Assembly: GCF_009914755.1 (NCBI RefSeq)
Contig: NC_060939.1
Reading direction: 5' to 3' (one strand)
From: the human T2T-CHM13v2.0 reference genome, Homo sapiens
DNA: 64,000 nt
Each line of letters begins with the position of its first letter. Positions within the stretch are counted from its first letter, which is position 1. The translations under genes and the position numbers were made by a program. Under the pieces are notes generated by a model. That model did no database searches. It was not told where the DNA came from and worked only from the letters and a program-made list of their open reading frames with translations. Shown one piece after another: positions 27,900 through 43,409 of this stretch.

Positions 27900-30800
27900 A
27901 ATAAATATTAATTTTTAAGAAAAGAATAGCCACAGATGGCATTGACACCTTCCATGAAACAAAGCACCCCCTCCCTACCCTCTTCGACCCTGAAGGTTCC
28001 TGAGTCCTGGGTCTGAGACGCTATCTTATCCCAAGCAGGCTTTGACTTGGGGTACCACTTCCTGAGCCTCTTCTCTTGGAGATGCCACTCTCTTGGGCCA
28101 AGTCTTTGTGGAAGCCTCGCCATCCACCCTCCCAACCCTTCACTGGCTGCAACTATTCCCTGGGGATGGTTCCTCCTTTCTCAATTTCCCCCTCTGTAAA
28201 GTGGGGAAGAGGAAATGGGAAGGGTTAAATAGGTATTCCTGGAAAGGACCTAGAACAGCCCTTGAGCACAGGAAGCACCTGCAAATATATGAGCATGAAG
28301 GTGGGGTGCAGACCTAGGCAGCACCTGTATGCACCCAGCCCTTCCCAGTGCAACCTGCTGGCCAGGCCGAGAGCTAACATGTACACATGGGTATGCTCTG
28401 CACGGCTCTATATCCACCCAAAGGGAAGAGGAGCTGTGGAGATGGGCAAGGCTGTGCTTGGCTTGTTTGGGACTTTACCAAGAGTTAGCTGCCATTTTGG
28501 ACTGTAGAGCCTCCTGGGGTATTTGAGGGTATGCTCAGCACACCTGTGTCCCCTCTCTGTGTAACTGGGCACCCCACATATGGGTGCCAGGATCTGATTG
28601 CTTCATTGAGTTTTGCAGTATGGCTGTGTGAGAATATTTACAGAAATGCAGATTATTTTATTACATTGGTTTCCTTTGATTTCTCCTGATGTGGGGGTAC
28701 TAAATGGACTTTATTCCAACACAGGTAACATTATCCATGAATTTCATTTCAGGGTAATGAAGAGTACACTGGACAATGTTTGCTATAAAAGGAGGGGAGT
28801 TGGGATTGTTGCACTGGATGATTCCAAAGTTCTTTCCTAGGTTCTATGTTTCCAGGAACTATGCGGCACCTCTGCTTCTCCTGTTAATTGATTTGATTTT
28901 TCATAATGTACACATTTGCTCAGTGGCCAGTAGGAACTGACCTGAGCTGGGTGCTGAGAGAATGCCCAGATCTGGGTTTCACAGAGCTCCCCTGCAGGCC
29001 ATTTTAAGATGTGGCTGCAAGGAGGCTGCTTCCTGCAAAAAGCTGAAGGCCCAAGGCTCAGGTTGTCAGGGAGCAAATGACTAATGTCCTCCCCAGGAGA
29101 AAGCAGGTGACCATCATGTGTGGAAGCTACCAAGAAAGAATGCATACATTTTATCTAAAAAGTCCTAAGATAAATTTGCAAAGCCTGGGCCACTGAGGTT
29201 GCCCATAGCTGACCAGTCCCACCAGCTCCTGACCTTCCACCTCAAGCCCTTCCCTCTCCCCATGTTGCATGCCTAGCCTGGGAAACGGGAGGATTCCTGA
29301 ACTTGAAGATGGTCAGTGGCGGCATCAGCAGTAGCCGGGCCACGGCAGTAGCACCTATAAGAGGGGGCTTCCCTTAGAGGGAGAGGCACTCGATGAGAAG
29401 TTTAAAGAATGCTTCATGGATTTTTAAGCCTCCAGGAGCTGGACACATGTGGATGAGACATGATGGGGCATGTAAACAGAGGAGGAGGAAGTGGGTGGTG
29501 GGAAGAAGGGAGCCTTGTCTCAGCCTGAAATACATTTTTTATCTCATTTCCAGGCTCTCAAAGCATCGTTCCGCAGGCACAAGGATGCGGTGTCTGCTCT
29601 TCCTGGGGCTTGTGATTATTGTATCTATTAGCCTCTGTCACAGGGTGCTGTTTATAGGACGGACAGGGTACCATGGCAGAGGGTGACACCTGTGCTTCAC
29701 AGTGGGGGCCGGTGGCATCCTGGGGCTCGATATTCTGGAGTCTCCCATCTCCTGCCTCCCACCAGGTCCTGCGACTTTGCGGTCTGGCCAGCTCACTCCA
29801 GCAGGCCTGAGTCTGCAGCTCATCCTGGAAGCTGCAGCCTCACTGTGATTTCCACGTCCCTCTCTGCTGAGATGTCGTGTGACTTGAGAGCACAGCTGGG
29901 ACTCTGTCCCGTCCCCACAGTGTCCTTTGAGGCACAGAGGGAAGGCTGCAGAGGTGAAGGTCTAAGGGGGCACAAGGGTGCAGGTGACAAAGAGCGTGGC
30001 CATGGCACCTGCCCTGCAGTGGGTCGTGGGGACCTTATGGGTGAATGTGCAGCCTGGCCACAGGATGGTCTTAGAGGCAGGGACCTGCATCGCCCCAGGA
30101 GGATCCCAGTGGGCTGCTTTGACTGTGAGGGAGCCAAAGACCCACACCACAGTGGCTCTGAGAGGTGCACTGGGACCAGATCCCAGTTTTTAGAAACCAG
30201 GTCATCAGAAGTGAAACCACCCACAACTCTGCAAGGCCCTCCTGAAAGGTCCCAAGCCACAGCGCCCTCCATGGGCATCCTTTGAAGGGAGGATGCTTTC
30301 ATATGTGCCTTGAAAACACCAAGCAGCAGTATCTGGAAGGCCTGGAAGAGTACTCGGTGCCTTTTGCGAGGAGGGGGTCGGGTATCTGAACCCCATGCTC
30401 GGAACTGGGAGACGCTGGCCTTGGGACCATCACCTTCTGACCACAGAATCTCCCTGGGGACTGGACAGAGGGCCCCGCCCCTGGCCGATCCCAGGTCCTG
30501 AAAAGGCCCTTCTGGTCTCCCAAGAGGCGGGGTCAGCCCTACGAAGAGCTAAATCCCCGGGAAGGAGGTGCAGGCATTCCGCATTCCGGATTGAAAGTGG
30601 GGAGACAATGGAAAGACCGGAGCACCTCCGAGGCCTTACTGATTAAATCTTTCCTTCTGTGGCCAGTGCCACATCTGCAAATAATAAAGAACCATGATGT
30701 GACATTCTTGTCACGGCCGGCTGTAGCCTCCAGTCGTCTCTCTTCCTGTGACTTGGGTTCTGCGGCTGCACCACGCATGTCAGCTCCTGGGAGCTCTGCA

Positions 30801-31495
30801 TCTGCTCTTGGGAAGGGGTCTCAAATGCCCTGTGCATTTCTCACCTTCAGCTTCTGCTCCACAGCCCCAGCCTCATTCCCGACTCAACTGCCAGGCCAGG
30901 AAGTGACACGCTGGTGCCGCCTCTGGCGGAGGGCTGGGGGAGGCTGGGTTCTGTTCATTTGTCTGTGTCCTTTCCTTCCCAGCTGTCTACAGGAAGGAGT
31001 AGCATTTGGGAGTCCTAGGGGTGCAATCTTGTTGCTATATTTACTTCCTGAGCTGCACACTCAGTGGAAAAGGTCAGAAGCAGACACCCCTGAGCTTCCT
31101 TCCCCCTGTTGGCCCTGGACAGGGCACTTCCCATTCTCTGGGACCATACCTAATGGCAGGGACTCTGAAATAGTTGGTCTTGCCTGTCCGTCTGTCCCCT
31201 GGGGGAGTGAGTCTCTGCCTATACTACAAACAAGAATGACAACAGGAAGGGGTTTCCTCTCCACTCAGCTGGTCACACATCCATCAGTAGCTAACATGAG
31301 AAAACAGCAATTGTTCCAAACAAAATCCCCCTATTTCCCCAGTAAAGACATTGACTGGTGCCCTGGAATTGTGCAGTGCACAGCCTGTGGGCTGGCCCAA
31401 CATCAGCAGCACTGAAATGGCTGCTTAGAGGAAACTCAGCTGCAATGCTTTGAAAGGAAATGTTGACCTTTTGAGTTAAAAGCTTACCCTGGAGC

Positions 31496-31690
31496 AGGGG
31501 TGAGCAAACTCTTCCCATAAATAGCTAATTAGTAAGTAAATATTTTAGGCGCTGCAGGCCTTGGTGTCTGTGGCTGCTCCTCTCTCTACCACTGTAGTGC
31601 AAAAACGGCCACAGATGATGCATCTGTGAATGAATGTGGCTCTGTTCCAATAAAACTTTATTTATAAAATGGGTGGTGGGCCATAGTTCA
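31496..31690 (+). mobile_element. MER58-type DNA transposon
   Basis: caggggtgagcaaactc...taaatattttaggc...ctgttccaataaaactttatttataaaa...gggccatagtt. Confidence 0.7.
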
Positions 31691-31935
31691 TTAATACTTG
31701 CTTTTGAAGTTTTTTTCCCTTTAATTTATATCTAAGACTAATTGCATTCCTATAAAATATGTATACATGTGAAAGGGAAAACAGTAAAAGCTATTTAAGG
31801 GTAGGTTGCCTTTGTTTAGTATTTTAAAGAGAATGTTGTCTTTAACATTGTTATTTTCAATGAAAACGTTCACACATGCATAAGGTAGCTTTATGCAAAA
31901 ACTGTCACTGCTGAGTGTGCACAGGTGTGCTTCTA

Positions 31936-32358
<423 letters not shown>

Positions 32359-33972
32359 TCATCTGTCTGCCCCAGGACTCCTGCTGCCCTGAGACCTGCA
32401 CAGGTGTACAGGAGCCCCAGGGCTGGGATGACAGTCACCCGAGATTGGTCAGAGCAGTTGCAGCCTGGAAGCCCACCTTTTTCTGGATGTACTTCTTCCT
32501 TTCCTAGTGTTTGGTAAAGCATTTGTATACAACAGAGTATGTGCGCTTCTCAAGGGTGTATATTTGCTCTATGTTTTGAGAACCTCTTCTATTGAATTTG
32601 AAGGAACCAGTCAGAGAGCTCCAGGACCAAGATGTAAGTCAGATGGGAACTGAGAATCAGAGGGATCAAGTCCTTCAGTGACAGGGACACAATTTCACTC
32701 ATTTTCTTACTTGTAAAAAAAGAGGGCAGAAAAGCCTAACACCCTCAGCAAAATAGAATAACTTCTGGAAATATCTGTCCTAAAGCAGCATCTGCTTTGA
32801 GGTCATGAAACGTCTTTACTTTTGGCCCTAGAGTGAGTGTATTGCTGCACTCCTTGAGCAGAATTCAGGGACGGTAATTTCAGGGATGTCTTTGATGAAC
32901 TCTTATGAGTTCCTCCGCCATCCTCACTTTGTCTAAATTGATCACTGTGCTCACAGGAGAGTCAGACTGAGAGGCGACAGGGTGGGGGTACCTGCAAGAG
33001 GGCTGTGAGTAGCATGGTAGGAAGCGTGGACCTTCCTCTGCCCCGCAACTCAGAGATCTGATGGTGCTGGGAGCTCAGTCCTGGGCTTACGCAGCAGTGC
33101 CCTGATGCAAGCCCTGGTGTTGCACGGAGACCTGCAGACCTCAGCAGGCCCGCGTCCCTGAGCCACACAGGGAAGGGGGTGGGCCAGGCAGGACCTGTGT
33201 CCTACCAGTTCCCTGGCTACATAACCATCGTGGCCACATCAGATTTTTTATGGCAGCTGTGATTTAGCGTGAAGAGCCACATCCTGATTCGTAGAGCTCC
33301 CTGGAAGACCTATGACTTTTGTTAAGGTGCAGGTGTAAATTCAAACTGGGCAGCTGCACGCTGGAGGGAGGACAGGCTTTGGATCACTCCCTGCCCTTGG
33401 CTGATCCCCGCTGGGGACATTGCCTAGCCTCTCTGGGCTTCAGTTTCATCTCTGTAAAGTGGGGAGGGTGGTGTCCACCCTGGGAGGTTGTAGCAAGGGC
33501 TGAATGGAGGAACATTCTAGAAGGGGCTGTGCACAGAGTGTGGCTTTTGGTGGGCAGGCCATAAACTGCCCTTGCCTCTTTCTCTGCCAGTTCTGATTCT
33601 ACCATAGCTTTTGCCAAATGACTCTATGCATTCTGTCTTCCTTTCTTTTTAGTCTTTAACACACATGTGGTCTGCGGAGGGGTGGGAACACACCTGAGTG
33701 ACTGAGTGCCTCCAGGACATGGCCCAGGGCTGTTGGAGGGGTGTGGGCTGTCTGCTATGCCCTAGGCACACGACAGGAGACAGGAGCCCCTCTGGGCTTG
33801 GTCCTGGTCCTCACATGACCAGATTTCTCCTGGCCACCTGCCGTTGATAGGCAGGGCAGCTAGTCAAGAACAATCTCTGCTGCCATCAGGGAGGAGAAAG
33901 AAACACGTCGAGGAGATCTTTGCACAGAGTGATGCTTTGTGGCCTCTGGGAGCTCGACCTTGTGCTGTGCTA

Positions 33973-34194
<222 letters not shown>

Positions 34195-35247
34195 TCACTG
34201 ACTAAAACAGGGTGGAGGATGGAGAAAGTGGGGACTGCTTCATGCAGGGGCTGAGCCCTCCCCACTCTGGATATTATCTTCATGGACCCCGGCAGCTGCG
34301 CCATCCTGGGCCACTTCTCATGCCATCCGCCGATGGCAAATGCACAGGTCCCAGCTCCCCTACCCCACCGTGGGAGCGGTCTCAGAAGATGAGTTGGAAA
34401 GAGCCCGCAGGTGAAGGGTGCCGGCCGCTGTGAAGGCGAGTCTCTCTGCAGGCGGAGGCAGCCCACCAGAGCCTGTGGTAGCAGGGCTATTGGCTTTCTG
34501 GGGGTGTTTCACAAGGAAGCAGTGGGGGCCAGAGGGATGGAGGGGTTCCTCTCCTGTTTATTTCTCTCAGGGACCCAGGGGTTCCCTGGGCACATCTGAT
34601 GGGCTGGTGGGGTCATTACCACCAAGATCTGAGGAGCCTTCTAGAAGACACTCACCCCAATGGAGGAGAACAGTGAGAAGGCTGTCTGGATTTCAATCCA
34701 GAGCTGGAGGGGATGCGATGTGAATGTGCAGCCCAGGTGGCCCAGACCCTCCCTGACCATGCCCAGGCTCACGTCTGAGGATCAGGGAAACCGCAGGCTC
34801 AAGAATGCTTCCACTCAAACCCTAAGACGTTCGGGCAGAAGGTGGCAGCCTCGATGTCCCCCCATAGCAAGGCCACCCAAAAGGGAGGTGCACGTTGAGA
34901 GGACAGCCAGAGCTCACAGCGTTATGGAGCCTCGGCTGCACCTGCAGTGCCTGCCAGCTGAGATGACAGCACCAGCCAAGACTCCCCAGAGGTGGCTCTC
35001 AGACTTGTTCCTGAGTGTTTGAGGAATGCTCAGAATTAGCTGACGGCAGCAGGTGGGGCCAGGGCTGGCAAATGTGGCCCCTGGCATGGCCTGGGGAAAG
35101 AGCTTCATGGGTTCATGGGCACAGTTCCCAGCCACCTGGGACTTCCAGAATGCAGGGTGTGAATCCTAGGGAATGCATTACCATCACCTGTGGAATTTTG
35201 GTTACATACTACCCATGTTTTTTCTTTTTCTTATGACTCAATTTACC

Positions 35248-35323
35248 TTTTTTTTTTTGAGACAGAGTCTTGCTTTGTTACCCAGCCTGGAGTGCAGTGG
35301 CGTTATCTCAGCTCAATGCAACC
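35248..35323 (-). mobile_element. Alu, left piece of an Alu split by the provirus (remainder at 43215-43400)
   Basis: tttgagacagagtcttgc...gctcaatgcaacc stops exactly at the LTR edge; Alu sequence resumes at 43215. Confidence 0.9.
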
Positions 35324-35893
35324 TGCTTGAAATGTTTGTTTTCTGGTGGTGTAAAGAAATAGCACTTGAATATAAATTTTTTTAGTAAGGCTATTTTTAT
35401 ATTTTTTGTAGAAAGGGTATACTTGCTCGCAGTTTTGTTATGAGAGTATATTGAATAAAGGAGATAAGGTTATTTATAACCTGACATGTCCACCTTATTG
35501 CTGTGTCCAGTTTTTATTGGGTGGAATGGGATTTTACATTTTGTATTTGTTTTGATTGGTTAGTAACTTTGAATTTTTTAAAAGAGGCAAACGCAGAGGA
35601 GAATAAAGGAAGGAATGTTGAGAAAGGTAAAAATACTTTTAAATAAGGAAGAGGAACAGGATGTGACTTACTGCTTTCTTGGACTAGTATAAGTATGCTA
35701 GGGCAAATATTTAGGCTAAATTGTGGGAGCTAAGAATATAAAGTATACTGATTTTTTTATTATGGCTAGCAGATATTTAAGAATCTTAGCACAGGTCTTT
35801 GAATAAATTTTGCTTCTAAGAGAAGTTACTATTTATTTTTAATTAGATGGGGAGGAAAGGCTTTGAAGAGAAAACTCTATTTTACTTTTTACA
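35324..35893 (-). mobile_element. 3' LTR (LTR10C-like)
   Basis: Direct repeat of 42625-43214, preceded on the minus strand by the PPT. Confidence 0.85.
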
Positions 35894-36051
35894 ATTCTCC
35901 CTCTTATAATTTTTTTTTAATTTGTCTGTTTTAATAGCTTTAAGAGAAGTAATTTTTCGAATAGGGTGGAGGAGAGTTAGGAGTTAACTTTGTAAGAGTG
36001 GTAGAGATAAGTTTTTGTATAAAATTTTGAAGGCAGGGAATAACATAATAG

Positions 36052-36387
<336 letters not shown>

Positions 36388-37793
36388 ACAATTTTTTTTT
36401 TTACTTATCGAATTAATGTTTTATTATTTTAGAAAAAGGGTTATTTATTTTAGAATTTTTGGCAAGTTTATTGGATAGTGCTGTTAATTTTTGTAGTGCT
36501 TTTGTTATAGTTTTGTTAGGGGCAGTATTAGGAATAAAGGTACAATATTGAGTTTTAATTATGACTTTTTTTTTTTGCTGATATTATATTTAAAGCTTTT
36601 TTTAAGGCAATTTGTCTGGTAGGTCCTAATTGCTTAGCTATTTTTTTGATGGCGTTTTCAGTGTAATTTATGAATTGTTGCTGATTGTAACAGATACAGT
36701 TTAGTTTACATTTTTTAAATTCATACTTACCAGAATAACGTGGACTTAAATTTTGCAGCTATTTGATTTTGTATTTTAAATTTATTTGAAATTTTTTTTA
36801 CAGGATTTTAATAGCATTTATATAAACTTGAGGATTAAAGGACTTACAAGGAATTTTTTTTGGCCTGCGGTGTTTTGTTTTTATTTTTTTAGATTGATGA
36901 AATGCTAGAGTGAAGGACAGCTAACTGGATTAGTACTGTTTCAAATATTTGGCACAGCGTTTAGTAAAGGTCCTTTACAGTACTACCATATATTTGCTTG
37001 GGGATGGCTAAGCATGGATTGATGGGCGAGCTTTTGGAAAAAGCATTTTTTAAATGCTTTTAAGGAATATTAAATTTTTTTCTTGCCATGAGAGGCACAG
37101 TGTAAGTTTGGCATTTAGAAAAGGTGCAAGCTGGATTGTCCTCAGGGGCTGACCCGCACAGTGTTAAATTTTAGGAAATAGCAGAGAGAGCTTGGCATGA
37201 TGGATTATTTTAAGCAGTGGGATTTTGAAAAAGAGCTACTATATAGTTTATATTTGGTTGATGAGGTGACCATTTAAGTGGAAAGGGGATAATTTGGGCC
37301 TCTGGAGTACCATGTGTACAAATGTAATAGTGTAATAATTGTTTTTAAAGTGTGAATGGAATATTTTAGCTAGGCATTTGTATTTTGATGTATTGTTTTG
37401 ATGGCTAAGGTCTGTCTTTAATTTTTTATTTTTATAATAGGCATTCTACTTTTATTAGATGCAGGAGTAACTGGTGTCGGATTTAGAACTTAGGCTACTG
37501 AAGAAGGGGAAGATGGGGGAATAATGTGTATTTTAAAAATATTTAGGGTTTTTAAAAATTTATGTCAAATTTCTATATTATAGAAGTGATTAAGGGTAGG
37601 TTTAGAGTTAGTTAAGGTGGAGGTGGTGACAGAAGGACAGGGTTATATTGAGAAGGTTGGGTAGGTTTTTTAATGAAATAGATGAAGGGTTTTAGATCTG
37701 TATGTTTTTTTTGTGTGTGTGTGGAAGTTTAACTTTGCTCTTGAGTAATTTAAAGGACGTCGTTCCATTTATTATAAGGTTGTTAGGCTGTAG

Positions 37794-38252
37794 TGTATCC
37801 GGAGTTGGTTCCTTCCAGTGGCTTTGTGGTCTCACTGACTTCAAGAATGAAGTCGCGTGTTACACCTCTTAAGTGTGGCACGGACCCAAAGAGTGAGCAG
37901 CAGCAAGATTTATTGTGGAGAGAGAAAGAACAAAGGTTCTAAACCATGGAACAGGACCCGAGCAGGTTGCTGCCGCTGCTGGCTGGGGGGCGGGGGTGGC
38001 AAGCTTTTATTCCCTTATTGGCCCCTCCCATGTTCCATTTCTGTCCTATCAGAATGTCCTTTTTTCAATCTTCCCTGTCACTGGCTACTTTTAGGATTCT
38101 GCTGATTGGTGCGTTTTACAGAGCACTGATTGGTGTGTTTTACAGTCCTAGCTACAGAGTGCTGATTGGTGCATTTTACAATCCTCTTGTAAGACAGAAA
38201 AGTTCTCCAAGTCCCCACTCAACCCAGGAAGTCCAGCTGGCTTCACCTCTCA
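37794..38252 (-). mobile_element. LTR12 (ERV9-family) solo LTR nested in provirus
   Basis: Minus strand TGAGAGGTGAAGCCAGCTGGACTTCC...GGATACA with tandem GCACCAATCAGC repeats. Perfect 4-bp TSD gtag. Confidence 0.88.
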
Positions 38253-38701
38253 GTAGGAGCAGAAAATTGGCGTTTTGGCTGCAGGTGATTATAACAATAA
38301 GTGTTAGGGGTAATTGTGTTAATTAGAGGGCCAGGACATAAATATTTGTGTGAAAAGGCTAGCTGTCATTGATTTTTTAATATTTTTACAAGGTATGATA
38401 GAGCAAGCATTAAAGGCAATGGTTTGAGGTGAGTTAGATTTAGTTACATTAATAACAAGGGAGCTATAACAGAATAAGGAAAGGAAAGGAAGTAATAGAG
38501 AAAGTATATGAAAATTAAGCTTTTTAAAATTTTAACTTAGTAGGGCTTGATTTTAGTATAGTAACCTAAGATGTTTTCTTGATTTGAGTATAGTGGGTCC
38601 TTTTTTTCTTGGCTGTGTGGACAGGGGTCTTAGTGGTTAACAGCATAAAATAGGGTCCTTCCCAGGCTGGCTTGAGTTTTTTATTTTTTGATAAGGATGT
38701 G

Positions 38702-39000
38702 TTTTTGTTTTGTTTTGAGACGGAGTCTTGCTCTGTCACCCAGGCTGGAGTGCAGTGGCGCCGATCTCCGCTCACTGCAAGCTCCGCCTCCTGGGTTCAC
38801 ACCATTCTCCCGCCTCAGCCTCCCCAGTAGCTGGGACTACAGGCGCCCGCCACCACGCTCGGCTAATTTCTTTTTGTATTTTTAGTAGAGACGGGGTTTC
38901 ACTGTGTTAGCCAGGATGGTCTTGATCTCCTGACCTCATGATCCGCCTGCCTCAGCCTCTCAAAGTGCTGGGATTACAGGCGTGAGGCACTGCGCCAGGC
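38702..39000 (-). mobile_element. AluY nested in provirus
   Basis: AluY diagnostic positions; approximate TSD aaggatgtgttt/aagaatgtggttt. Confidence 0.93.
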
Positions 39001-39610
39001 AAGAATGTGGTTTGTAGGCTGGTGCTGATGTACTAGAAATTTTAGGGTTGGTACCTGTGTTAAAAGATTTTTAGTTTTGAGGAAAGGGAAAGTGGAAGAT
39101 AAATTACGTATATAATTTTTGTTGCGTATTCTGGGGCTTGAGGCCCCATGGTGACGTCTTCTGCTCCATTTCTGCTTAGCGTTGCCTAGGGGACATTGTG
39201 GCCCTGCCCCCTCTTAAGGTCTTGGCTTTTTTGTGGCCTTCACCGCCCCTGCGCGTTGTGGCCTTGGGGATGAGGGGCCTTGTGACTTATTCGGCCGCCC
39301 TCGGGCTTTGAGAAAGTTAAGCACTATTTTATATTTGATAATGCTTTTTGTATGATTTTATGTTTTTTAACATTAATGTGCTATTAATGTTAAACTTTAT
39401 TTTAATAAAATTTTGAAGACATTATTTACTTTTAATGTCTGACTATAAGGTAAGGTTTTTATAGACTTTTTAAAACTTTTTATAATTTTTCTTAAAGAGC
39501 AGGTTAGTGCTTTAAGAAAAATTTATTGTGCTTTTATTTTAATGTTTAGTTTACAGAAAAATTGGATACCTCTTTAGCTAATATGTTTACATACAGAATT
39601 TTCTTTATAA

Positions 39611-39926
<316 letters not shown>

Positions 39927-40822
39927 CTTGTTTAAAGTTTTAAAACAAAATTTTTTTAACCTTTTAATGTAGGTAAAAATTCATATTTTTATGTCTTTTT
40001 GTAATTTTATTAAAAGTATATATTTTTACATATTTTGTATATAAACTGTATAAACTGTTTTTTAAATAGTTTTACATTTAGGAGGCCTAATTACTTTTAA
40101 ATTACGTAATATTTTTTGCATAAATTTTTTTTATAACTTTTTATGACTTTTATAGACAATTTTTAACATGTTTTAACGTTCTGCCTTTTACATTATTTCT
40201 TTTCCTAATTTTACCGTGTCTTTCTTTGATTTTTGTCTTTTCTAGTTATTTTTTTACTTTTTTCTATTTTTTTTTCTTATTTGCACTTTATTTTCCTTTT
40301 TTTTTAATTTGCATTTATTTTTCTCTCCCTCTCTGTCATTTTTTGTTTCCTTTTTTTTTCCCGGTCTTGCGGCGCAGGCTGGGCAAGGGACGGGCCCCGC
40401 CTGCATGTATGCGCTGCCGTCTGTTTCCCCTGTTTTTTTTTTTTTTCCCTGATTTATTTATTTTTTCTACACTTAGTTTTCTGGGCTGGGTGGGATTTGC
40501 ATGGCTGTAGTCTTGGCCCCCGGCCGGCTGCAGTCCTGGCCCAGGGCCATCACTGGCCCACAGGCTTGGCAGACACCTGTCGTTAGTCGTAAGAGTTAGG
40601 TCCTTTCATCTTGTTGGCTTTTCTTTCTGCGACAGTCCCCGCTCTCTTTTTCACACAGAGCTCGGGTGGGGAGAGGGACTTAATTTTTGGTGTGCCTGGC
40701 TGTCTGGCGTCATGCTTGGTGTTTTTGCTTTTTTTTTTCCCCTTCCCCTAGAGGAGCGACTGGCAGGAGTGGAGCTTAGTCTTTTTTTTTTCCCCCAAGA
40801 AGAGGGGAAAGGGGAGTTTTGA

Positions 40823-42020
40823 ATATATATATGTATGTATATCTATATGTAACATACATATATATGTATATCTATATGTAACATACATATGTATATCTAT
40901 ATGTAACATACATATGTATATCTATATGTAACATACATATGTATATCTATATGTAACATACATATGTATATCTATATGTAACATACATATGTATATCTAT
41001 ATGTAACATACATATGTATATCTATATGTAACATACATATGTATATCTATATGTAACATACATATGTATATCTATATGTAACATACATATGTATATCTAT
41101 ATGTAACATACATATGTATATCTATATGTAACATATATGTATATCTATATGTAACATATATGTATATCTATATGTAACATATATGTATATCTATATGTAA
41201 CATACATGTATATCTATATGTAACATACATGTATATCTATATGTAACATACATGTATATCTATATGTAACATACATGTATATCTATATGTAACATACATG
41301 TATATCTATATCTATATGTAACACACATATGTATATCTATATGTAACACACATATGTATATCTATATGTAACACACATATGTATATCTATATGTAACACA
41401 CATATGTATATCTATATGTAACACACATATGTATATCTATATGTAACACACATATATATGTATATCTATATGTAACACACATATATATGTATATCTATAT
41501 GTAACACACATATATATGTATATCTATATGTAACACACATATATATGTATATCTATATGTAACACACATATATATGTATATCTATATGTAACACACATAT
41601 ATATGTATATCTATATGTAACACACACATATATGTATATCTATATGTAACACACACATATATGTATATCTATATGTAACACACACATATATGTATATCTA
41701 TATGTAACACACACATATATGTATATCTATATGTAACACACACATATATGTATATCTATATGTAACACACACATATATGTATATCTATATGTAACACACA
41801 CATATATGTATATCTATATGTAACACACACATATATGTATATCTATATGTAACACACACATATATGTATATCTATATGTAACACACACATATATGTATAT
41901 CTATATGTAACACACACATATATGTATATCTATATGTAACACACACATATATGTATATCTATATGTAACACACATATATATGTATATCTATATGTAACAT
42001 ACATATATATGTATATATAT
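40823..42020. repeat. AT-rich minisatellite/VNTR, unit ATGTATATCTATATGTAACA(T/C)AC(AT)n, ~24-30 bp, roughly 40 copies
   Basis: Directly visible tandem array organised in blocks of unit variants. Confidence 0.97.
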
Positions 42021-42602
42021 TTTACTATCGGAGGTTTGTGTGAGGTTCAACTCCTCCCCCATGGGGATTTCTCACCTCTTTTTGAGGTTTAACCCCCGAC
42101 AATGGGGATTTTTTACCTTGAGGCTTAACCCCCCCGCCCATGGGGATTTCTCACCTCTTTTTGAGGTTTAACCCCCACTCAGTGGGGATTTTTTTTACCT
42201 TTTTTTAACCTTTAAGACATCCTGGCTAAGAAATATTTTACCACCTCCCATGGCTTTTTGTGTCTAGTCCTAAGGAATGTTTTACTGCCCCTGCAGTTTC
42301 TCTCTCCTTGGTATGTTTTAACTAAGGAATGCTTTACTGCCCCGCAGCTTTTTCCTCAGTCTTGATTACTAAGGAAATACTTTACCGGTGTTTTTTCCTG
42401 GTGTTTTTTCCTCAATCTGTGCACAGTTTTCTGGTTCACGTGATATGTGAGGAATTGTTTTTTTTTTGCATTGCTGAGACTCTGAGTTTATTCCACATAC
42501 CGGGTGGGTTTTGAGCTCTTATCCTTGAGGCCACTGCAATGTGGCAGAGGAGCACGCTCCCTTATGAGGAGGGACTGGAGACCACCCCCGGCAGAGAATG
42601 TA

Positions 42603-42620
42603 TCCCCATACGGGTCACCA
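42603..42620 (-). other. Primer binding site, tRNA-Ile type
   Basis: TGGTGACCCGTATGGGGA versus the tRNA-Ile complement TGGTGGCCCGTACGGGGA (2 mismatches), 4 nt from the 5' LTR. Confidence 0.85.
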
Positions 42621-42624
42621 AAAT

Positions 42625-43409
<785 letters not shown>

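Noticed and set aside
29683-31415. 200-aa and 274-aa plus-strand intronic ORFs (also 18372..19076)
   Set aside because: The 200- and 274-aa ORFs have non-ATG starts. None shows recognisable motifs or exon structure; consistent with chance in GC-rich intron.
40823-42020. CRISPR-like array
   Set aside because: No unique spacers and a eukaryotic context; it is a simple tandem minisatellite.
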